Part shown: piece by piece, positions 62,855 to 64,000 of the stretch
How positions within the stretch are numbered: the first letter of the stretch is position 1
How the letters are laid out: each line of letters begins with the position of its first letter
From: Mytilus californianus
Lineage: Eukaryota
DNA length: 64,000 nt
Assembly (NCBI RefSeq): GCF_021869535.1
Contig: NW_026262690.1
Span: 77,190,001 to 77,254,000 of the forward strand
Direction: 5' to 3'
Translations under genes and position numbers: made by a program
The notes under the pieces: generated by a model
The model's database searches: none
What the model was told of the DNA's origin: nothing
What the model saw: only the letters and a program-made list of their open reading frames with translations

Positions 62855-64000
62855 ATGCCAAGTACTTGTTGTTGTGTACCTGGATGTCATTTAAGAGGAG
62901 GACATGCATTTCCAAATGACTTAAAAAGAAGGAAAAGTTGGATCAACGCCATGGCCCATACGCAGATTGGACGAGAACACGATGAAATCGTGGAGTCCAT
63001 CTCAATCAGCTGTTGTTTGCAAGGCACATTTTACTGAAAAAGACTACGTGCAGGAAACTATTCATGGTAAAACTCTATTTTCTTTTTGAAATATATAGTT
63101 ATATATGTAATCGCCATGCGAATAAACCAAAGTCTGTTTACAACCGCAATTATCGTTTTAGAATAAAAGGGGGTGGTTAATTCAAGACGTCATAATTTTT
63201 TGGATTACGATTCAATGTGATCTGTTTGAGATTTTTTGGTGATTGCTACAATTATAATGATTTCTTACAAGAGGTATATCGTACTGAGAATTATTTTAGC
63301 AGTAATTATGCTAATGTAGTAATGACAGGAATGCATAAGCTATGCCTCATAGACTTTCTTGAAAAATATCAATGAAAATGTTAACAGGAACAAAACAATG
63401 ACATGCTCTCATCTATATTATAGTTATTTAGGTACAAACAATGTACGTTTGTTGCATAAGTCTCTCATTGTTTGTCCTTTGGATTTACATTATACATAAC
63501 ATACATTGAATCAGGCAAACATAGTTTTATCCAGATTGTAAAGAATAAATTGAGGTAATATTTTGCCAGGTAGTACAAAGTATACATTGCTAATGGAAGT
63601 TCATTTAGTTATCAAAAAACTAATGTTTTATAACCTTTTTCAGGGCGCAAACCCACCATACAGAGACTTAAGTCTACTGCCATTCCCAGCCTATTTTCCT
63701 GGACCAAGCAAGAGACTGAATCGTCCGCAAAAAGAAAAATCAGGGCAGTTTCCTGTGAAAACAAAAGAACTAAACTTGATGAATATTGTAGTAGAAATCT
63801 AGAGGAAAGTTTTGATTGTAAAGTTGGTTTTCCTGACGAAGTCATTCATACTGCAGAAAGGATTTATGACTGTCCACCACCAACTGCCGAGCTAATGTTG
63901 AGCTTCACAGATGGAATTACACAAACACCATCAATACCTATGTTTTCAACAGAGAATTTTGAAATGAAGACACGTGACACAGCCATGCATTTTTATACCG
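62855..64000 (+). pseudogene. THAP-domain gene, probably an ISL2EU/Harbinger-type transposase, with a frameshift; runs off the window
   Basis: Exon 62855-63066 reads CCVPGC..FP....W..A, then in the +1 frame IRR..W.P..VVCKAHF..DY. A GT-AG intron spans 63067-63643. Exon 63644-64000 is open: LKSTAIPSLF (AVPTIF-like) ... PMFSTENF..MHFYT. Confidence 0.7.

Noticed and set aside
1-64000. Remaining 60-130-aa ORFs in the six-frame track
   Set aside because: They are either partial exons of the genes above, read-throughs of repeats (e.g. MEMGNVSKRQQPDH, MEAITPKI) or chance ORFs opened at non-ATG starts.

Overview
AT-rich, repeat-dense animal genomic DNA, probably a bivalve of the Mytilus type (inferred from the repeat families, not proven). 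I reconstructed exon chains by hand from GT-AG boundaries and reading phase. They give four host genes: acylphosphatase (+, 4 exons, 4490-12745), CCT4/TCP1-delta (-, 14 exons, 38598-20418), DTL/CDT2 (+, 15 exons, 39013-61544, head-to-head with CCT4) and a single-ORF STN1 (+, 44691-45782). The 5' part of a frameshifted THAP-domain, transposase-like gene lies at the right edge. The most notable feature is that STN1 sits inside intron 1 of DTL on the same strand. Its splice acceptor, if joined to DTL exon 1, creates a TAA stop exactly at the junction, 32 nt before the STN1 ATG. The STN1 exon is also bracketed by a 624-bp inverted repeat pair. Introns hold many mobile elements: an intact-looking piggyBac nested in a TA-flanked Tc1/mariner-type element, a hAT deletion derivative, a Transib-like foldback, a three-level nest in ACYP intron 1, Helentron-type (HINE) elements with satellite cores, and two hammerhead-ribozyme motifs.
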